Numbered from the stretch's first letter, positions 29,608 to 42,822 are shown. The stretch: 61,915 bases of DNA from Candidatus Hydrogenedentota bacterium (GCA_016209895.1 JACQVH010000110.1:1-61915); one strand, 5' to 3'. Numbers and translations are program-made. Notes: generated by a model not told the origin, from the letters alone.

Positions 29608-31148
29608 CGAATCTCTCCCGAACGCGGCGAAGACATTCCGACCAACTTTACCGTGGCGGCCTTGGACTGGGCCGTGACCACGGTCTGCTGAATGCGTGTC
29701 AGGGTTTGTGAGGCCGTGTTAATTACCGGCTGCGGATAGAGGCCCAGCCATACCAATCCCGCCATCAAAACCGCCATCGTGGCCATCTCGCGCCGCGTAA
29801 AATCGGAAACGCGCCGAGTCTCGGGCGCGACGCCGTGGAACGCACGTTGGATAATCCACAACGAGTACACCGTAGACACGATCAGTCCGATCGACGCCAC
29901 TACCGCTATCGGAATGCTGGTCTGATAGGTGCCGAGCAAAACCAGAAACTCGCCGATGAAGTTCCCCAGTCCCGGAAGCCCTAGCGAGGCCAGCGCCAAG
30001 AACATCGCCACCCCGCCCATGCGCGGCGCGTTCGTCCACAGCCCGCCCATGGCTCGCAGGTCCCGGGTATGGATGCGTTCCTGTAATGCCCCGACCAAGA
30101 TGAAGAGAGCGCCGGTGCCGAGGCCATGGCAGAGAACCTGCAGAACGGCCCCCTGAAGAGCGAGCAGGTTATTGGTTGCAACACCGAGTAAGACAAACCC
30201 CATGTGGCTCACGCTCGAATAGGCCACCAGCCGTTTCAAGTCCGTTTGCGCAAAGGCCAGGACCGCGCCGTAGATAATGCCGACGACGGCCAAGACCATC
30301 GCCACCGATGCCATCTCGCCGGCGGCCACGGGAAACAACGGCAGAACGAACCGGAGCAACCCATACGCGCCGGTTTTCAGGAGCAGCCCGGCAAGAATCA
30401 CGCTCCCGGCGGTCGGGGCTTCGGTGTGGGCGTCCGGCAACCAGCTATGGACGGGCACCACGGGCAGTTTCACGGCAAATGCCGCAAAGAAACCCAGCAT
30501 CAGCCACAGAGAAATTGTGCGAGACAAAGGCGTACCGATCAATTCGGCGTAATTGAAGGTAAAGACTCCGGCGGCCGTATGGTGCATGAAAACCAGACCC
30601 AGAATCGCCACGAGCATAAACAGTCCGCTTAATTGTGTAAAGATGAAGAACTTCATTGCGGCATACAGGCGGCGCTCATGCCCCCAGATCGCGATGAGGA
30701 AGTACATGGGGATCAACATGAGTTCCCAAAAGCAATAAAAGAGAAACAAATCTGCCGCCATGAACACCCCCAGGATGCCGGCGAGAACCCAGAGCAGATT
30801 GAAATGGAAGAAGCCCACGCGGTGTCGGATTTCGGTCCACGAAACCGGCACACACAGGAGACCGAGAAGCGCGGTGAGGAGCAGCAACAAGAGGCTGAGA
30901 CCATCCACGGCCAGATGAAAACTGATTCCAAATTGCGGAATCCAGGACGTGTGAAGTTCCTGTAGCCACGGTCCGGAGATGGAAAAGTCCGCCGCGCCGT
31001 ACTGTTTCCACAGACCCAGCGCCAACGCAAGGTCCAGGGCCATCGCGCTCAGGGCGATCCAACGGGGCGCCGTGTCCGAGCGGTGACCCGCCGCCCATGC
31101 CAGTAGCCCTCCGACCAGAGGAATCGCGATGATCCAGACTAAAGTCAT
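29604..31148 (-). CDS. nuoM: NADH-quinone oxidoreductase subunit M
   Basis: FWELMLIPMY, HSWLPDAHTEAPTAGS and KRLVAYSSVSHMG. Confidence 0.95.
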   Translation of the reverse strand: MTLVWIIAIPLVGGLLAWAAGHRSDTAPRWIALSAMALDLALALGLWKQYGAADFSISGPWLQELHTSWIPQFGISFHLAVDGLSLLLLLLTALLGLLCVPVSWTEIRHRVGFFHFNLLWVLAGILGVFMAADLFLFYCFWELMLIPMYFLIAIWGHERRLYAAMKFFIFTQLSGLFMLVAILGLVFMHHTAAGVFTFNYAELIGTPLSRTISLWLMLGFFAAFAVKLPVVPVHSWLPDAHTEAPTAGSVILAGLLLKTGAYGLLRFVLPLFPVAAGEMASVAMVLAVVGIIYGAVLAFAQTDLKRLVAYSSVSHMGFVLLGVATNNLLALQGAVLQVLCHGLGTGALFILVGALQERIHTRDLRAMGGLWTNAPRMGGVAMFLALASLGLPGLGNFIGEFLVLLGTYQTSIPIAVVASIGLIVSTVYSLWIIQRAFHGVAPETRRVSDFTRREMATMAVLMAGLVWLGLYPQPVINTASQTLTRIQQTVVTAQSKAATVKLVGMSSPRSGEIR

Positions 31149-33049
31149 AGCAGCACCGCCAAGGCCACGGTCAGCGCCGCGCCCGCTACGATGCCCATCA
31201 TGTACCAGCGTAGTTGGCCGGTTTGTGTACGGCTCAGGATCACGTGACCCAGTAGGTTCGCGCCCGCAATACTTGTGTATATCGAGTCAATAAAATCGCT
31301 TCGATTGATTTCTGCGAGGCGCACGAACGGTCGCACAAAGACGAGATTGTAGGCCCAATCGAAGCCGCAACCCGAAGCGAGAAATCGGTGCAGGGCCACA
31401 CCCCAAGGCGCCGCTGACCAGCTACGCACGTACTGGGGCGACCGTAGGAACAAAAGCCAGGCCATCAGCATCCCAGCCAATACGACCGTGCCCGCGACGA
31501 CCTGAAACGCAGCTTCCGCGCTGAGGCCATAGTGTGCTTCCGGCGGTGGCGGCAATGCGGTTTCAACGAGCTTCGAGAAGAGCGGAAGATGGCCCAAGGT
31601 TCGCGGAAGCTCGATGAAACCGCCCACCATCGAAAGCGCCGCCAACACCGCGATAGGAATCAGTAGGAAGCTCCCTCGATGCGGAGTCACATGGCTCTGG
31701 GTCTCACCAAAAAACGCGAGGAAAACCATGCGGAAGGTGTAAATGGCGGTAACAAACGCGCCGATTGATCCCGCCAACCATAGCCACGGCCCACCCAACG
31801 GCGAAGACCACACCATCCACAGAATCAAGTCCTTGCTGTAGAAGCCCGCGGTCACCAATGGCAACGAAGTAAGTGAGAGCGCGCCCACGAGAAAGCTCCA
31901 GAACACGAGCGGCATCTGTTTGCGCAGTCCGCCCATCTTAAACAAATCTTGTTCGTGGTGCAGACTCAGAATCACGACGCCGGCCGCCATAAACAACAGG
32001 GCTTTGAAAAACGCGTGCGTTACCAGATGAAAAATCGCCGCCGACCACGCGCCGACGCCCAGAGCCAGGAACATGTAGCCGATCTGGCTGATGGTCGAAT
32101 ACGCCAATACGCGTTTGATGTCGCGCTGGGCCAACGCCGCCATACCGGCCAGCAACAGCGTCACGGCCCCAATCGCCGCCACCGCCGACTGTACCACCGG
32201 CGCCCACTCGAACAGCACGTGCGTGCGCGCGATTAGATACACGCCGGCCGTGACCATCGTCGCCGCGTGAATGAGGGCGCTAACCGGCGTCGGACCGGCC
32301 ATCGCATCCGGCAGCCACACTTGCAGCGGAACTTGTCCGGATTTGCCGAGCGCGCCCCCCAGCATCAGGGCCGCGGCGGCCACGGCAAGTCCCGAACCGA
32401 CCGACCACTGCTCCTTGACGCCCTGCATCACTTCCTGAATGCGCAACGTGTGGAAGTGGCTGGCCAGCAGCAGGAGCCCGATCGCCATGGCCGTGTCACC
32501 AATGCGAGTTACCAGGAAGGCCTTCACCGCGGCGCGCGCGTTCGCCGGATTCTTATACCAGAAGCCAATCAACAAATAGCTGCAAAGACCCACACCCTCC
32601 CAACCCAGGTAGAGCAGAAGTAGGTCATCGGCCAGGACGAGGATGAGCATGGAACCGACGAAAAGATCCATGTACGCGAAGAAGCGAGCGTAGCCGTCGT
32701 CATCGGCCATGTATTGGACGGAATAGACCAGAATCAGGAAGCCCACGCAGGCCACCACGAATGTCATCACCAGAGCCAATGCGTCGAAATACAGAGCGAT
32801 GCGAAACACGTAACCGGCCACGTTCATCCAGGTCCACAGATGCTGCGTGTAGGCATGTTCGGCCGGCGGCGAATCGAGAAAACCGGCGCTGAGCATGATC
32901 CCTATCGCCGCCGATAGCCCCACCGAACCCGCGCCGATCATGGCAATCGCCGGTTTGCGCAATCGGGAACCGAAAAGCGTAAGTACGAGGAAGCCGGCCA
33001 GCGGTGCTGCCGGAATCACCCAAAGGAGTTCAAGCATGGCTAGCCCCAC
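31145..33049 (-). CDS. nuoL: NADH-quinone oxidoreductase subunit L
   Basis: [37 protein letters not shown] and HAFFKALLF. Confidence 0.95.
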   Translation of the reverse strand: MGLAMLELLWVIPAAPLAGFLVLTLFGSRLRKPAIAMIGAGSVGLSAAIGIMLSAGFLDSPPAEHAYTQHLWTWMNVAGYVFRIALYFDALALVMTFVVACVGFLILVYSVQYMADDDGYARFFAYMDLFVGSMLILVLADDLLLLYLGWEGVGLCSYLLIGFWYKNPANARAAVKAFLVTRIGDTAMAIGLLLLASHFHTLRIQEVMQGVKEQWSVGSGLAVAAAALMLGGALGKSGQVPLQVWLPDAMAGPTPVSALIHAATMVTAGVYLIARTHVLFEWAPVVQSAVAAIGAVTLLLAGMAALAQRDIKRVLAYSTISQIGYMFLALGVGAWSAAIFHLVTHAFFKALLFMAAGVVILSLHHEQDLFKMGGLRKQMPLVFWSFLVGALSLTSLPLVTAGFYSKDLILWMVWSSPLGGPWLWLAGSIGAFVTAIYTFRMVFLAFFGETQSHVTPHRGSFLLIPIAVLAALSMVGGFIELPRTLGHLPLFSKLVETALPPPPEAHYGLSAEAAFQVVAGTVVLAGMLMAWLLFLRSPQYVRSWSAAPWGVALHRFLASGCGFDWAYNLVFVRPFVRLAEINRSDFIDSIYTSIAGANLLGHVILSRTQTGQLRWYMMGIVAGAALTVALAVLL

Positions 33050-33351
33050 ATCCGGTTGGCGACATCGGCGTCCAACGTCTTGAAATGATGGTAGAATTGA
33101 AGCACCAGCGCGAGACCGATCACTACTTCCGCCGCCGCCGTGCTCAAGATCACCAGAAACATGATCTGGCCGTCCGGTTGCCCCCAGCGCGCGCCCGCCA
33201 CTACAAAGGCCAAACCGGCGGCGTTCAACATGATCTCGATAGACATCAACATGTACATCACGTTGCGTCGCACCAAGAGTCCTACGGCGCCGAGCACGAA
33301 CAGTATGCCCGCCACGATCAACCCATGTTCCAAGGGTATTTCCCCAGTCAT
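33040..33351 (-). CDS. nuoK: NADH-quinone oxidoreductase subunit K
   Basis: [10 protein letters not shown] and [11 protein letters not shown]; ATGA overlap with nuoJ. Confidence 0.93.
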   Translation of the reverse strand: MTGEIPLEHGLIVAGILFVLGAVGLLVRRNVMYMLMSIEIMLNAAGLAFVVAGARWGQPDGQIMFLVILSTAAAEVVIGLALVLQFYHHFKTLDADVANRMWG

Positions 33352-33863
33352 GATTTCGGCGCCTCCTTGCCCAAGTACTCGCGACGGCCCAAGCAAAAAG
33401 CCCCGATAATTCCTGCCAACAGGAGGATCGAGGCCAGTTCCACGACCAAGAAATACGGTCCGAAAAGCGACAAGCTGACGTCCTTGGGCTCCGCGACGGC
33501 GCCTTTACTTAGATGCGCGGAATTACTCCCAAGCGCGTAAATCAGCTCCGCGCTGAGGATGAGGGCGAGCAGACCCGGACCCACCCACATGCGCCCCGTA
33601 AGCCAGAGGCGTTCCTGCCGGGTGGATTCAGGCCCCTGATTCAGCATCATGACGACAAAAATGAAGAGCACCATGATGGCGCCGGCGTAAATAATGATTT
33701 CCAAGACCGCCGCCAAGTAAGCGCCCAAGGCAACGAACACCAGCGCTACGGCCATCAGGGAGACGATAAGGTACAGCAACGAGTGCACCGCATTAAACCG
33801 GGTGATGACCATCCCGGTTGCAACGATGGCAATCAGCGAAGCCACGTAGAAGACGGCGGTCAC
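33348..33863 (-). CDS. nuoJ: NADH-quinone oxidoreductase subunit J
   Basis: [20 protein letters not shown] and VELASILLL. Confidence 0.93.
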   Translation of the reverse strand: MTAVFYVASLIAIVATGMVITRFNAVHSLLYLIVSLMAVALVFVALGAYLAAVLEIIIYAGAIMVLFIFVVMMLNQGPESTRQERLWLTGRMWVGPGLLALILSAELIYALGSNSAHLSKGAVAEPKDVSLSLFGPYFLVVELASILLLAGIIGAFCLGRREYLGKEAPKS

Positions 33864-34375
33864 AATTGCAGGCTCCTTACGTCTACCGGCGGTGCTTCGT
33901 TTTCCGCCTCACCCTTGCCTTTGCCGCCGATGGAGACCCCCGCGACACGGTAGTAGTTGTAACCGGCATATTTTCCCGGCCCGTCAATCAGCAGATGCTC
34001 TTTCTCATATACGAGGTTCTGACGGTTGTACTCGCCCATTTCGAAGTCCGGGATCAGTTGAATCGCGTACGTGGGACAGGCCTCTTCGCAATACCCGCAG
34101 AAAATGCAGCGCGAGAAATTGATCCGGAAAAATTCGGGGTAGCGCCGGCCATGTTCATCTTCCGTCGCCTGGAGCGCGATACAATCCACCGGGCATGCCA
34201 CCGCGCACAAGTGACACGCGACGCAGCGCTCCCCGCCATCCGGATCACGGGTGAGTATGATGCGACCCCGCCACCGGGGCGGCAACGGCACGGGCTGTTC
34301 CGGATATTGATACGTCACGCGCCGACGAAAGGCATGTCGGAACACGATCCAGAGGGTGCGAAGCATGCTTAACAT
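33860..34375 (-). CDS. nuoI: NADH-quinone oxidoreductase subunit I
   Basis: [12 protein letters not shown] and [12 protein letters not shown] 4Fe-4S motifs. Confidence 0.95.
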   Translation of the reverse strand: MLSMLRTLWIVFRHAFRRRVTYQYPEQPVPLPPRWRGRIILTRDPDGGERCVACHLCAVACPVDCIALQATEDEHGRRYPEFFRINFSRCIFCGYCEEACPTYAIQLIPDFEMGEYNRQNLVYEKEHLLIDGPGKYAGYNYYRVAGVSIGGKGKGEAENEAPPVDVRSLQL

Positions 34376-34451
34376 GGATTGACCTCTTCCGCCGATTCAT
34401 CGGCCACGTCTATAAATTCGCGACGAATATTCATACGGTTTCTCGTGCCGG

Positions 34452-35429
34452 CTACTTGGTGGCGAGCATCACCGCGCCGGTTATCAGCACGTTCAACAGA
34501 GATAACGGCAGCATGGTCTTCCATGCGAACCCGATAAGTTGGTCGTATCGCATCCGCGGTAACGCCGCGCGAAGCAGAATGAACCCGCACACGAACACTC
34601 CGGTCTTCAACGCAAACCAGACGACCGGCGGCAGCCAGGGCCCCAGCCAGCCCCCAAAAAACAGCGTCACGGTAATCGCCGAGATCAACGTGATGCCCAA
34701 ATATTCGCCCAGGAAGAACATGCCGAATTTCATGCCCGAGTACTCGGCGTGAAACCCGGCTACCAATTCGCTCTCCGCTTCGGGCAGATCAAACGGAACG
34801 CGGTGCGTTTCCGCGACGCCCGCAATCAGGAACATGATCAGTCCGGGAAATTGGGGAATACAGAACCACATACCGCGCTGGGCCTCGACAATTTCGCGCA
34901 AGTTGAACGAACCCGCGAGCATGACGACGCCCATCAGCGAAAGCCCCATAAATACTTCGTAGCCGAGCATCTGAGCCGACGCGCGCAGGCCCCCCAGGAG
35001 AGAATATTTATTGTTGGACGCCCAACCCGCCAAGGCTACGCTGTACACGCCCATCGAAGACATCGCGAGAAAGAACAGGAGCCCCACGTTGAGATTCGCG
35101 ATCACAATGCCGGGCGTGAACGGAACCACCGCGAACGCCATCAAGCCCGTGAAAACCACCACCACGGGAGCTACCACAAAGACCACCTTATCGGCGAACG
35201 GGGGAATCCAATCTTCTTTCATGAAGATTTTGATCATGTCCGCGATCGGCTGCAGCAGGCCAAAGGGTCCGACGCGATTGGGACCGTACCGATCCTGCCA
35301 AAGCGCCAACAGCCGCCGCTCCAGCCAAATCAGCAGTGGCACGAGGTTCAGCAACAGCATCAGTATCGAGGTGACGATCACTAATTGCCCCACGAACGTT
35401 TCGGCAAACGAAGGCCCGGCAACGTTCAT
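34452..35429 (-). CDS. nuoH: NADH-quinone oxidoreductase subunit H
   Basis: [10 protein letters not shown] and [15 protein letters not shown]; ATGA overlap with nuoG. Confidence 0.95.
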   Translation of the reverse strand: MNVAGPSFAETFVGQLVIVTSILMLLLNLVPLLIWLERRLLALWQDRYGPNRVGPFGLLQPIADMIKIFMKEDWIPPFADKVVFVVAPVVVVFTGLMAFAVVPFTPGIVIANLNVGLLFFLAMSSMGVYSVALAGWASNNKYSLLGGLRASAQMLGYEVFMGLSLMGVVMLAGSFNLREIVEAQRGMWFCIPQFPGLIMFLIAGVAETHRVPFDLPEAESELVAGFHAEYSGMKFGMFFLGEYLGITLISAITVTLFFGGWLGPWLPPVVWFALKTGVFVCGFILLRAALPRMRYDQLIGFAWKTMLPLSLLNVLITGAVMLATK

Positions 35430-38137
35430 GCCGGCACCTCTTTGACTATCTTGCCCCAACCGGGCAACTTGACCCACGACATTTCGGGAAGCCCCGAGGG
35501 AAGCCCGACGACTCCCGAAGGCAAATCGGGCAGGATGCGCACCGGCAAACGGTACGGGATGCCGTCGAGCACGAGTTGCACGTTCTCTCCGTCAGTTATC
35601 TGTAGCGCCTCAGCATCGCGGAAATTAACGGCTACATAAGACGCCGGCGCCCGCTCGGCCACCGACGGGGACAAGACGCTAAGCTCTTCGGAGCCGAAGA
35701 TGTGGTGGAGAGGAACTGCCAAATGTTCCTTCTCCCGACTTTGAAACGCCGGCGGAATGACTTCGAAATACTTGTGGTCGTGCCCTTCCGCCACTTCCCA
35801 GAGGCGCACGCCGGCGTTTCCAACGCGCAGCGGCCCGCCAACTTCCGCTTGAAATTTGTTCAGCGCTTGAACTGAGTTCCAGCCGGGCGCCCAGTAGGCC
35901 GACGTCAGCGCCGACGAACACGTGCTCGGGAACCCTTCCATTGAAAAGGCCATCGGAGAGTCCGGGTCCTCCGGCAACGCAGGTTCATGCACGTTGACGT
36001 GAGCGCCAATCGCCGTGCGCCCGCTGTAGCGGTGCGCTTGTCGAGGGATTCGTTGCGCCAAGAAACGTGCGGTCGCCGCGGGTGCCACACGGGCGATTTC
36101 GCCAAGCGCCGGCGCCGTCTCCGCAATCCGCGTGCAGATATGGTCCAGGTTCTGCCATGCGCCATTGGATGGCGCCGTACGGCTAAGTTCTCCCAACCAA
36201 CGCCAGCTTTCTTGGACGTCGCCCTGGGCCTTAAACACCTGCACGAATCGCTGGGCCCGTCCCTCATTGTTGACCAAGGTGCCGTCTCCTTCCGCGAATG
36301 TGGCAGCCGGCAAGACGACATCCGCCCGCTTCGTCGTGTCATGGACCGTGTGGTCAATTACCACGACCTGTTCCGCGCCCTCGAGGAACGCGTCTACGGC
36401 GGCGCGGTCCGCGCGACGATATAGATCGTTCTCGAGAACGATTGCCGCGTAAACCGAGCCTGACTTTGCGGCCTGAAGCGCCTCGTCGAGGCCGTGGCCG
36501 TCCAATAAGGCGGGGCCAAAGGAATTGCACTCCGGTGCGTCGTAACAAAGGGCGGCATGTTGGGCGCCCGCAGCCGAAAGACTGATCGCAACGTTGGCTG
36601 CAGCCTGTACCACCGCCAGGCTGCCGCAGGACGGTCCCGAAACAATCAACGGTCGTTGCGCAGACCGCAATGCGCCCGCGATCTCTTTCGCCAAGCCCGG
36701 CAACTCTTCGGAAAGGTCGCTCACGGAAGGCGCAGTGGGATCGATGCAATGGGCGACGGCGAATCCCAGCCTCGCAAGGTCGTCGGGCGCCGCGCACCAT
36801 GACCGGGTCGCTACGTCCGCTAATTTGTCACCCGTGACCGTGGCCAGGTAAAGCGGTCCGTGGCGGCCTTGGATCGCTTCTCGGATCGCGCTGTCATGCC
36901 ACGCTGGGATTCCGAGCCGTTCCCCCATGGGGACCGTGGAGCGATACACGGCCTGGCGAACTTGCAAGGCGATCATCGGCGCTACCTCGGCAAGATTCTC
37001 GCCCAGCACAAAGACTGCATCGGCTTCGCCGACCTCCCGGAGCGAAGGAGAATGTACCCCGGGTGCGCGCAACGTGGAAAGCATGGCCGAAAGAAGTTGC
37101 CGCTCGCGCGCCGACACACCGTCATAAAACCGATCCGGTCCCACCAGTTCCCGTAACGCGAAGTTTGATTCGATGGACGCCCGAGGAGAACCGATGCCGA
37201 GTAGGACGGCTGGCCCCGAAAGTACCTTTCCGATTTCGGTGAGTGCCTCCGCCCGCGTTACCGGTCCTAGTGCGCCGTCCCGCTTCAACAATGGCGTGCG
37301 TACCCGTCGCTCGCCGTTCACAAATTCGTACCCATAGCGCCCACGGTCACACAGGAAATAGCCGTTTACATCGTGATTGAACCGATTGTGAATACGGCGC
37401 AGCAATCCGTAACGCTCGCCCGGCGTCGTATTGCAGCCGACGCCGCAATGCACGCAGACTGACGGCGCCGTTTGCAGGTCCCACGCCCGCGTGTAGTGTC
37501 CCTTGAGTGTCTTATCCGTGAATACGCCGGTGGGGCATAGCTCGACCAAGTTCCCGCTGAACTCGTTCTCGAGGACGCCGTCCTTATGGCGGCCGAAATA
37601 GACCCGATCATGCGCCGCGAAGACGCCGAGGTCTTGACCGCCGGCGTAGTCCTGATAGAAGCGCACGCACCGGTAGCACTGAATACACCGGTTCATTTCG
37701 TGATTGATGAACGGGCCCAGGTATTGATTCTGGTACGTACGCTTCGGGAAACGGTACTTTCGGTAGTTGTGCCCCGTCATCACGGTCATGTCCTGAAGGT
37801 GGCACTCGCCCCCCTCATCGCACACTGGACAATCGTGCGGATGGTTCGCCATCAGCCACTCGATAACCGTTTCACGAAACTGGCGGGCCTCCTCGTCGTC
37901 AACGGCAATCCGGACGCCTTCGGCGGCGGGGGTCATGCAGGCCATAACGATCTTGCCGCGCTTGTCCTTCTCATCTTTGAACTGTTTCACGGCGCACTGC
38001 CGGCAGGCGCCCACGGAGCCCAGCGCGGGATGCCAACAGAAATAGGGGAGATTGAATCCCAGCGAAAGACAGACTTGAAGCAGATTCCGCCCTTCATTGA
38101 CGACGTATGGTTTGTTATCTACGTAGATGGTCGCCAT
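35426..38137 (-). CDS. nuoG: NADH-quinone oxidoreductase subunit G
   Basis: [36 protein letters not shown] and CVHCGVGC (N7-type cluster); 903 aa. Confidence 0.95.
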   Translation of the reverse strand: MATIYVDNKPYVVNEGRNLLQVCLSLGFNLPYFCWHPALGSVGACRQCAVKQFKDEKDKRGKIVMACMTPAAEGVRIAVDDEEARQFRETVIEWLMANHPHDCPVCDEGGECHLQDMTVMTGHNYRKYRFPKRTYQNQYLGPFINHEMNRCIQCYRCVRFYQDYAGGQDLGVFAAHDRVYFGRHKDGVLENEFSGNLVELCPTGVFTDKTLKGHYTRAWDLQTAPSVCVHCGVGCNTTPGERYGLLRRIHNRFNHDVNGYFLCDRGRYGYEFVNGERRVRTPLLKRDGALGPVTRAEALTEIGKVLSGPAVLLGIGSPRASIESNFALRELVGPDRFYDGVSARERQLLSAMLSTLRAPGVHSPSLREVGEADAVFVLGENLAEVAPMIALQVRQAVYRSTVPMGERLGIPAWHDSAIREAIQGRHGPLYLATVTGDKLADVATRSWCAAPDDLARLGFAVAHCIDPTAPSVSDLSEELPGLAKEIAGALRSAQRPLIVSGPSCGSLAVVQAAANVAISLSAAGAQHAALCYDAPECNSFGPALLDGHGLDEALQAAKSGSVYAAIVLENDLYRRADRAAVDAFLEGAEQVVVIDHTVHDTTKRADVVLPAATFAEGDGTLVNNEGRAQRFVQVFKAQGDVQESWRWLGELSRTAPSNGAWQNLDHICTRIAETAPALGEIARVAPAATARFLAQRIPRQAHRYSGRTAIGAHVNVHEPALPEDPDSPMAFSMEGFPSTCSSALTSAYWAPGWNSVQALNKFQAEVGGPLRVGNAGVRLWEVAEGHDHKYFEVIPPAFQSREKEHLAVPLHHIFGSEELSVLSPSVAERAPASYVAVNFRDAEALQITDGENVQLVLDGIPYRLPVRILPDLPSGVVGLPSGLPEMSWVKLPGWGKIVKEVPA

Positions 38138-38140
38138 GGA

Positions 38141-39418
38141 CTATCTCCAGGGGCACCGTCGCTCGCGGATATGCTTCTCAAAATCATCTCGCCACCGATT
38201 CAACGCGCTGCCCAGCGGCGCCATCGCGCCCGGCGCGAGCGGACAGTAAGTCAGGCCCGGTCCAAGGAACTTTACGTGCGTGCGGATCTCTTCCAGATCT
38301 CCCGTCGCGCCTTTCCCGTCTTCCAGGGCCTTCAGGATGCGCTCCAGCCACGGGAGACCCTCGCGGCACGGCGTACACCATCCGCACGATTCGTGGGCGA
38401 AGAACTTGGTCAGGTTATGCACCATGCCGACCGGGCAAGTCCGGTCGTCCAGGACAATCATGGTACCCGTGCCCAATCGGCTGCCCGCTTGCTGAACCGT
38501 GTCGAAATCCATCATCAGGTCCAGGTGTTCTTCAAACAGGAATTCCGTAGACGCGCCGCCCGGGATGATCCCGCGCAGTTGAAGACCGTCGCGCATTCCG
38601 CCCGCGTGCTCTTCCAAAATCTCACGTGCCGTCGTGCCCATGGGCAATTCCCATACCCCGGGTTTCTTGACTTTGCCGCTGACGCCGTAAAGCTTCGTCC
38701 CACCGTTCTTAGTGCGGCTCAACTTCTTAAACCATTCCACCCCGCGGTTAACGATGTGTGGTACGTTGCAGAGAGTCTCGACGTTGTTCACGATGGTCGG
38801 TTTGCCGAAGAGGCCGCTGGTTTGGGGAAATGGCGGTTTGGCCCGTGGGATGGCGCGCTTCCCTTCCAGCGAGTTAAGCAGGGCCGTTTCCTCGCCGCAG
38901 ATATATCGCCCCGCGCTCATGTGCATGTATATTTGGAGGCTGTAGCCCGTTCCCAGAATGTTGCGGCCCAAGTAGCCTCGCGCCCGGGCTTCGTCTATCG
39001 CCTGACCCACGCGCTTACCGGCCAAGACGTACTCCCCGCGCAGGAAGATGTAGGCAATCTCGGCTTCGATGGCGTACGCGGATAGTATCATGGACTCCAC
39101 CATCAGATGAGGGTCGCCTTCCAATAAGAGCCGATCCTTGAACGTGCCCGGCTCCATCTCGTCCGCGTTTACGACCAGATATTTGGGACGCGGCGCGTCC
39201 GCGCCCATCGGCACGAAGCCCCACTTCACACCCGTCGGGAATCCCGCGCCGCCGCGGCCGCGGAGGTTGGCTTCCTTGATCAACTTCGTAACTTCGGCGG
39301 GCGCCAAGGTCGTCAGCGCCTTGCGCAAGGCCTGGTATCCGCCCGCTTCTTCATACTCGGCCACAGTCAGAGGTGGAGCGTTGGATCGGATATTTGCCGT
39401 CAGCGGTCGTTCACTCAC
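38141..39418 (-). CDS. nuoF: NADH-quinone oxidoreductase subunit F
   Basis: GRGGAGFPTG, NADEMEPGTFKDR, YICGEETAL and ESCGWCTPCREG. Confidence 0.95.
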   Translation of the reverse strand: MSERPLTANIRSNAPPLTVAEYEEAGGYQALRKALTTLAPAEVTKLIKEANLRGRGGAGFPTGVKWGFVPMGADAPRPKYLVVNADEMEPGTFKDRLLLEGDPHLMVESMILSAYAIEAEIAYIFLRGEYVLAGKRVGQAIDEARARGYLGRNILGTGYSLQIYMHMSAGRYICGEETALLNSLEGKRAIPRAKPPFPQTSGLFGKPTIVNNVETLCNVPHIVNRGVEWFKKLSRTKNGGTKLYGVSGKVKKPGVWELPMGTTAREILEEHAGGMRDGLQLRGIIPGGASTEFLFEEHLDLMMDFDTVQQAGSRLGTGTMIVLDDRTCPVGMVHNLTKFFAHESCGWCTPCREGLPWLERILKALEDGKGATGDLEEIRTHVKFLGPGLTYCPLAPGAMAPLGSALNRWRDDFEKHIRERRCPWR

Positions 39419-39472
39419 AACGTGCTCCCATCCGGCGGATACTCGCCCAATCTGCTGCGTTTCATCATCAAT

Positions 39473-39937
39473 TCATTGGTAGTGCTCAAGCACTGCCTCC
39501 ACGTTCGCAACATCCAAGTCCTGATATTGGTCCTGGTCAATCATCAGCGCCGGCGCATGGTCGCACGCGCCCAAGCACTGATTGAGAAGCAAGGTGAAGC
39601 GTCCATCAGCGGTGGTCTCGCCAACCGCGATCCCGAGTCGCTGGATGAGATGGTCCAGCAAGCGCTCATAGCCGAGCAACCAACAACTCACGCTGGCGCA
39701 TACCCGGATCACGTGGCGGCCGACGGGATGGCGGTAGATCAGATTATAGAAAGTGGCCACGCTATCCACTTCGTCCGGCGACATGTCCAATACACTCGCG
39801 ATATCGCGGACACTCTCGTCGTCCACCCAACGCCGATGCATCTGCACGATGCGCAGGGCCTCGATGCAAGCGGCCTGCTTGCGCTCGAAGCGTTCCGCCT
39901 CCGCTTCAATCTCGTGTTTGATCTCCTCCGTCAACAC
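39473..39937 (-). CDS. nuoE: NADH-quinone oxidoreductase subunit E
   Basis: VATFY and CASVSC...CLGACDHAP 2Fe-2S motif. Confidence 0.95.
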   Translation of the reverse strand: MLTEEIKHEIEAEAERFERKQAACIEALRIVQMHRRWVDDESVRDIASVLDMSPDEVDSVATFYNLIYRHPVGRHVIRVCASVSCWLLGYERLLDHLIQRLGIAVGETTADGRFTLLLNQCLGACDHAPALMIDQDQYQDLDVANVEAVLEHYQ

Positions 39938-39983
39938 GGTAGCGTCACGCCTCGATTCTCTTTTGGATCGATCGTGGAAACGG

Positions 39984-41780
39984 TCATCGGTCCAAATCTC
40001 CCAATACGTAGTCCATCGCGCCCAAGATCGCCAGCAAGTCTGACACCCGCAAACCCCGACAAATCTCCGGAAGCATTTGCAAATGCGGAAACGACGGGGT
40101 CCGAATTCGGGTTCGGTAGGACATCGTGCCGCCGTCGCTGATCAAATAGTAGCCGTTGTGACCTTTGGTGCCTTCGACCCCGACGAACGCCTCGCCCGGC
40201 GGGATCACCGGTCCCCAACTCACACTTAGGAAGTGGTTGATCAGAGTTTCAATGTCGTGCATCGTGCGCTCTTTGCGCGGTGGAGTCGTTAGCGGATGGT
40301 CCGACTTGTACGGTCCTTCCGGCATGTTATTCAAGCACTGTTCGACGATGCGCAAACTCTGCCGCATTTCCTCCATGCGAACGCGCGCGCGATCATAGGA
40401 ATCGCCGTTGCTCGCCGTGGGAATGTCGAACTCGAACCGGTCGTAGCCGGCATACGGACGCTTCTTCCGGAAATCCCACTCGAATCCGCAGGCCCGCAGT
40501 CCCGGGCCGGTAACCCCCCAATCAATAGCCTCGGCCAGCGTGTACGTGCCGATACCCTGGGTGCGCTTGATGAAGATTCGGTTCTTGATCACCGCTTGCT
40601 CAAAGTCGGCGATTCGCGGCGGAAAATACTGGATGAATTCCCGGACCAGGCGGTCCCAACCTCGAGGCAAATCGTCCGCCACGCCGCCGATCCGAAACCA
40701 ACCGGGATGCATTCGCGCACCACACACCGCCTCGATGATCGTGAAGACCCGTTCCCGGTCATTGAACATATAAAAGATGGGAGACATCGCGCCGATGTCC
40801 TGTGCAAAGGTTCCCGACCAGACAAGGTGGCTGGCAATCCGGAAGAGCTCCGCGAGCATGATCCGAATCACTTTGGCCCGCTCCGGAACCTCAATGCCGG
40901 CAAGGCGCTCGACCGCCAGCACGTACGGGAAGTTGTTCATTACGCCGCCGAGATAATCCACGCGGTCGGTGTACGGGATGTAGGAATGCCAGGATTGGCG
41001 TTCGCCCATCTTTTCCGCGCCCCGATGGTGATATCCAATGTCCGGAACCGAGTCCACGATTTTCTCGCCGCTCAATTGCAGAATGATCCGCAAGAGACCG
41101 TGAGTGCCGGGATGGTGCGGCCCCAGGTTCAGAAAGATGTAGTCGGAATCCTGCGTACCGCGTTGCATACCCCATTCTTCGGGCCGAAACAGCAGGGCGT
41201 CTTGTTCCACGTCCTGCTTCTCGTCCGGCAAGCGAAACGGCTCCATCTCCGTGGCCCGGGCCGGGTGTTCCTTACGAAGTGGGTGCCCCTTCCACGTCGG
41301 CGGCATGAGAATCCGACGGAGGTTCGGATGCCCCTCGAAGCGGATGCCGAACATGTCCCACACTTCCCGTTCGTACCAATTGGCCGCAGGCCATACGCCG
41401 GTCGCGGATGGTAGCGAGGGATATTCATCCATAAGCGCTACCTTCAGGCGGAGATCCTCGTTCCGCTCGAACGAGAGCAGATGATACACCACCGTAAAAT
41501 TGCTGGGCGGCTGACCGTTACGATGGCCCCGGACCCGCTCGTCAATGGCGGTCAGGTCATACAGCAACTTGTACGGGCGTTCCACGTCATGTTTCAGGTA
41601 CCCGAGCACGTCGCAAATCCGGTCCGCATTCACCCATACCGTGGGTAGGCCGTCTGCGGTCGGTTGTGCCGGGCCGATGGCCGTGCCGAATCGCTCGCGG
41701 AGGTGCCGCACAATGGTGGTCCGGTCTAGGATGGTTTCCTCAACTCCCGGGACCGCTCTTGACTCGACCGTCGCGGCCAC
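39984..41780 (-). CDS. nuoCD: NADH-quinone oxidoreductase fused subunit C/D
   Basis: [12 protein letters not shown] (C part) continuous with [19 protein letters not shown] and RIRTPSF (D part). Confidence 0.95.
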   Translation of the reverse strand: MAATVESRAVPGVEETILDRTTIVRHLRERFGTAIGPAQPTADGLPTVWVNADRICDVLGYLKHDVERPYKLLYDLTAIDERVRGHRNGQPPSNFTVVYHLLSFERNEDLRLKVALMDEYPSLPSATGVWPAANWYEREVWDMFGIRFEGHPNLRRILMPPTWKGHPLRKEHPARATEMEPFRLPDEKQDVEQDALLFRPEEWGMQRGTQDSDYIFLNLGPHHPGTHGLLRIILQLSGEKIVDSVPDIGYHHRGAEKMGERQSWHSYIPYTDRVDYLGGVMNNFPYVLAVERLAGIEVPERAKVIRIMLAELFRIASHLVWSGTFAQDIGAMSPIFYMFNDRERVFTIIEAVCGARMHPGWFRIGGVADDLPRGWDRLVREFIQYFPPRIADFEQAVIKNRIFIKRTQGIGTYTLAEAIDWGVTGPGLRACGFEWDFRKKRPYAGYDRFEFDIPTASNGDSYDRARVRMEEMRQSLRIVEQCLNNMPEGPYKSDHPLTTPPRKERTMHDIETLINHFLSVSWGPVIPPGEAFVGVEGTKGHNGYYLISDGGTMSYRTRIRTPSFPHLQMLPEICRGLRVSDLLAILGAMDYVLGDLDR

Positions 41781-41782
41781 GA

Positions 41783-42457
41783 CTACACCTCGTCCGGCGC
41801 AGGGAAATGGGTGCGCTTTGCGCGGTCACCCTGCTGAAGGTCGCGCATCGCCGGCCGCGCTGGCTTGATGACGCCCTGCGGGCCGATGACCCAACTCAAC
41901 GGTCGGGTTTCCTTCCCAATCGCCTCTTGGAGGAGCATGAGTCCCTGGATGAAAGCGTCCGGACGGGGCGGGCATCCCGGCACATACACATCTACCGGCA
42001 GAATCTTGTCCACGCCCTGTACCACGCTGTAGATGTCGTACATTCCCCCGGAGTTCGCACACGACCCCATCGAAATCACCCAGCGCGGCTCCATCATTTG
42101 TTCGTACAGCCGCTTCACGATCGGCGCAATCTTCACGAACACCGTCCCGGCTACCACCATCAGGTCGGCCTCGCGCGGGGTGCCGCGAATTACTTCCGCG
42201 CCGAATCGTGCGAGGTCAAACTTGCTGGTAATGCTCGTGGCCAATTCCACGAAGCAACAGGAAAGCCCGAATCCGAACGGCCAGATCGAATTCTTGCGCC
42301 CCCAGTTAATGAGGTCTTGCAGTCGGGCCAGGACAAAACTCTGCTCAAACGGCTTGAGGTCTTGCGCGGTATTGCCGGTCAATGAGGACTTTGAGGCGGA
42401 ACTGAACCACCGACTCATATGCGGCACTTTCCGTTCACGTGGTTCACCCCCGGTCAT
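41783..42457 (-). CDS. nuoB: NADH-quinone oxidoreductase subunit B
   Basis: [17 protein letters not shown] and YVPGCPPRP; start 42457 (ATGA overlap) or 42418. Confidence 0.95.
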   Translation of the reverse strand: MTGGEPRERKVPHMSRWFSSASKSSLTGNTAQDLKPFEQSFVLARLQDLINWGRKNSIWPFGFGLSCCFVELATSITSKFDLARFGAEVIRGTPREADLMVVAGTVFVKIAPIVKRLYEQMMEPRWVISMGSCANSGGMYDIYSVVQGVDKILPVDVYVPGCPPRPDAFIQGLMLLQEAIGKETRPLSWVIGPQGVIKPARPAMRDLQQGDRAKRTHFPAPDEV

Positions 42458-42822
42458 TCCTCCAGCGCTCGAAGCCGCCACAGGTAGACCAGAGCGGCCA
42501 GGAGTACACCGATGAAGACACAAATCTGGGCGTAGCCAAACCAACCCAATTCCGGGACCGCAGTGGCCCAGATGAATATGAACACGGATTCCAAGTCGAA
42601 CACGACGAAGAAGGTGGCGATCAGATAGAAGTCCGCCGAAAAGCGCACCCGGGCGGACCCCGTCGAAACAATCCCGGATTCATAAGGTTCCCCCGTTGCC
42701 CGCTCGCGGTGCGCCTGACCAAGCACATGGGAGAGCGCCACGGTGCTGACCACGACGAGAAACGCCCCCGCGAAATACAGGCCCAGCGGCCACAGCGGAA
42801 CCATCTCCACGTTTCCAGTCAC
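42454..42822 (-). CDS. nuoA: NADH-quinone oxidoreductase subunit A
   Basis: PYESG and FFVVFDLE; GAGGA RBS. Confidence 0.93.
   Translation of the reverse strand: MTGNVEMVPLWPLGLYFAGAFLVVVSTVALSHVLGQAHRERATGEPYESGIVSTGSARVRFSADFYLIATFFVVFDLESVFIFIWATAVPELGWFGYAQICVFIGVLLAALVYLWRLRALEE

Noticed and set aside
37586-39085. Long antisense ORFs (also 40296..41414, 55003..56232, 56627..57871, 16761..17951)
   Set aside because: They overlap well-supported genes on the opposite strand, as expected from GC-rich codon bias.
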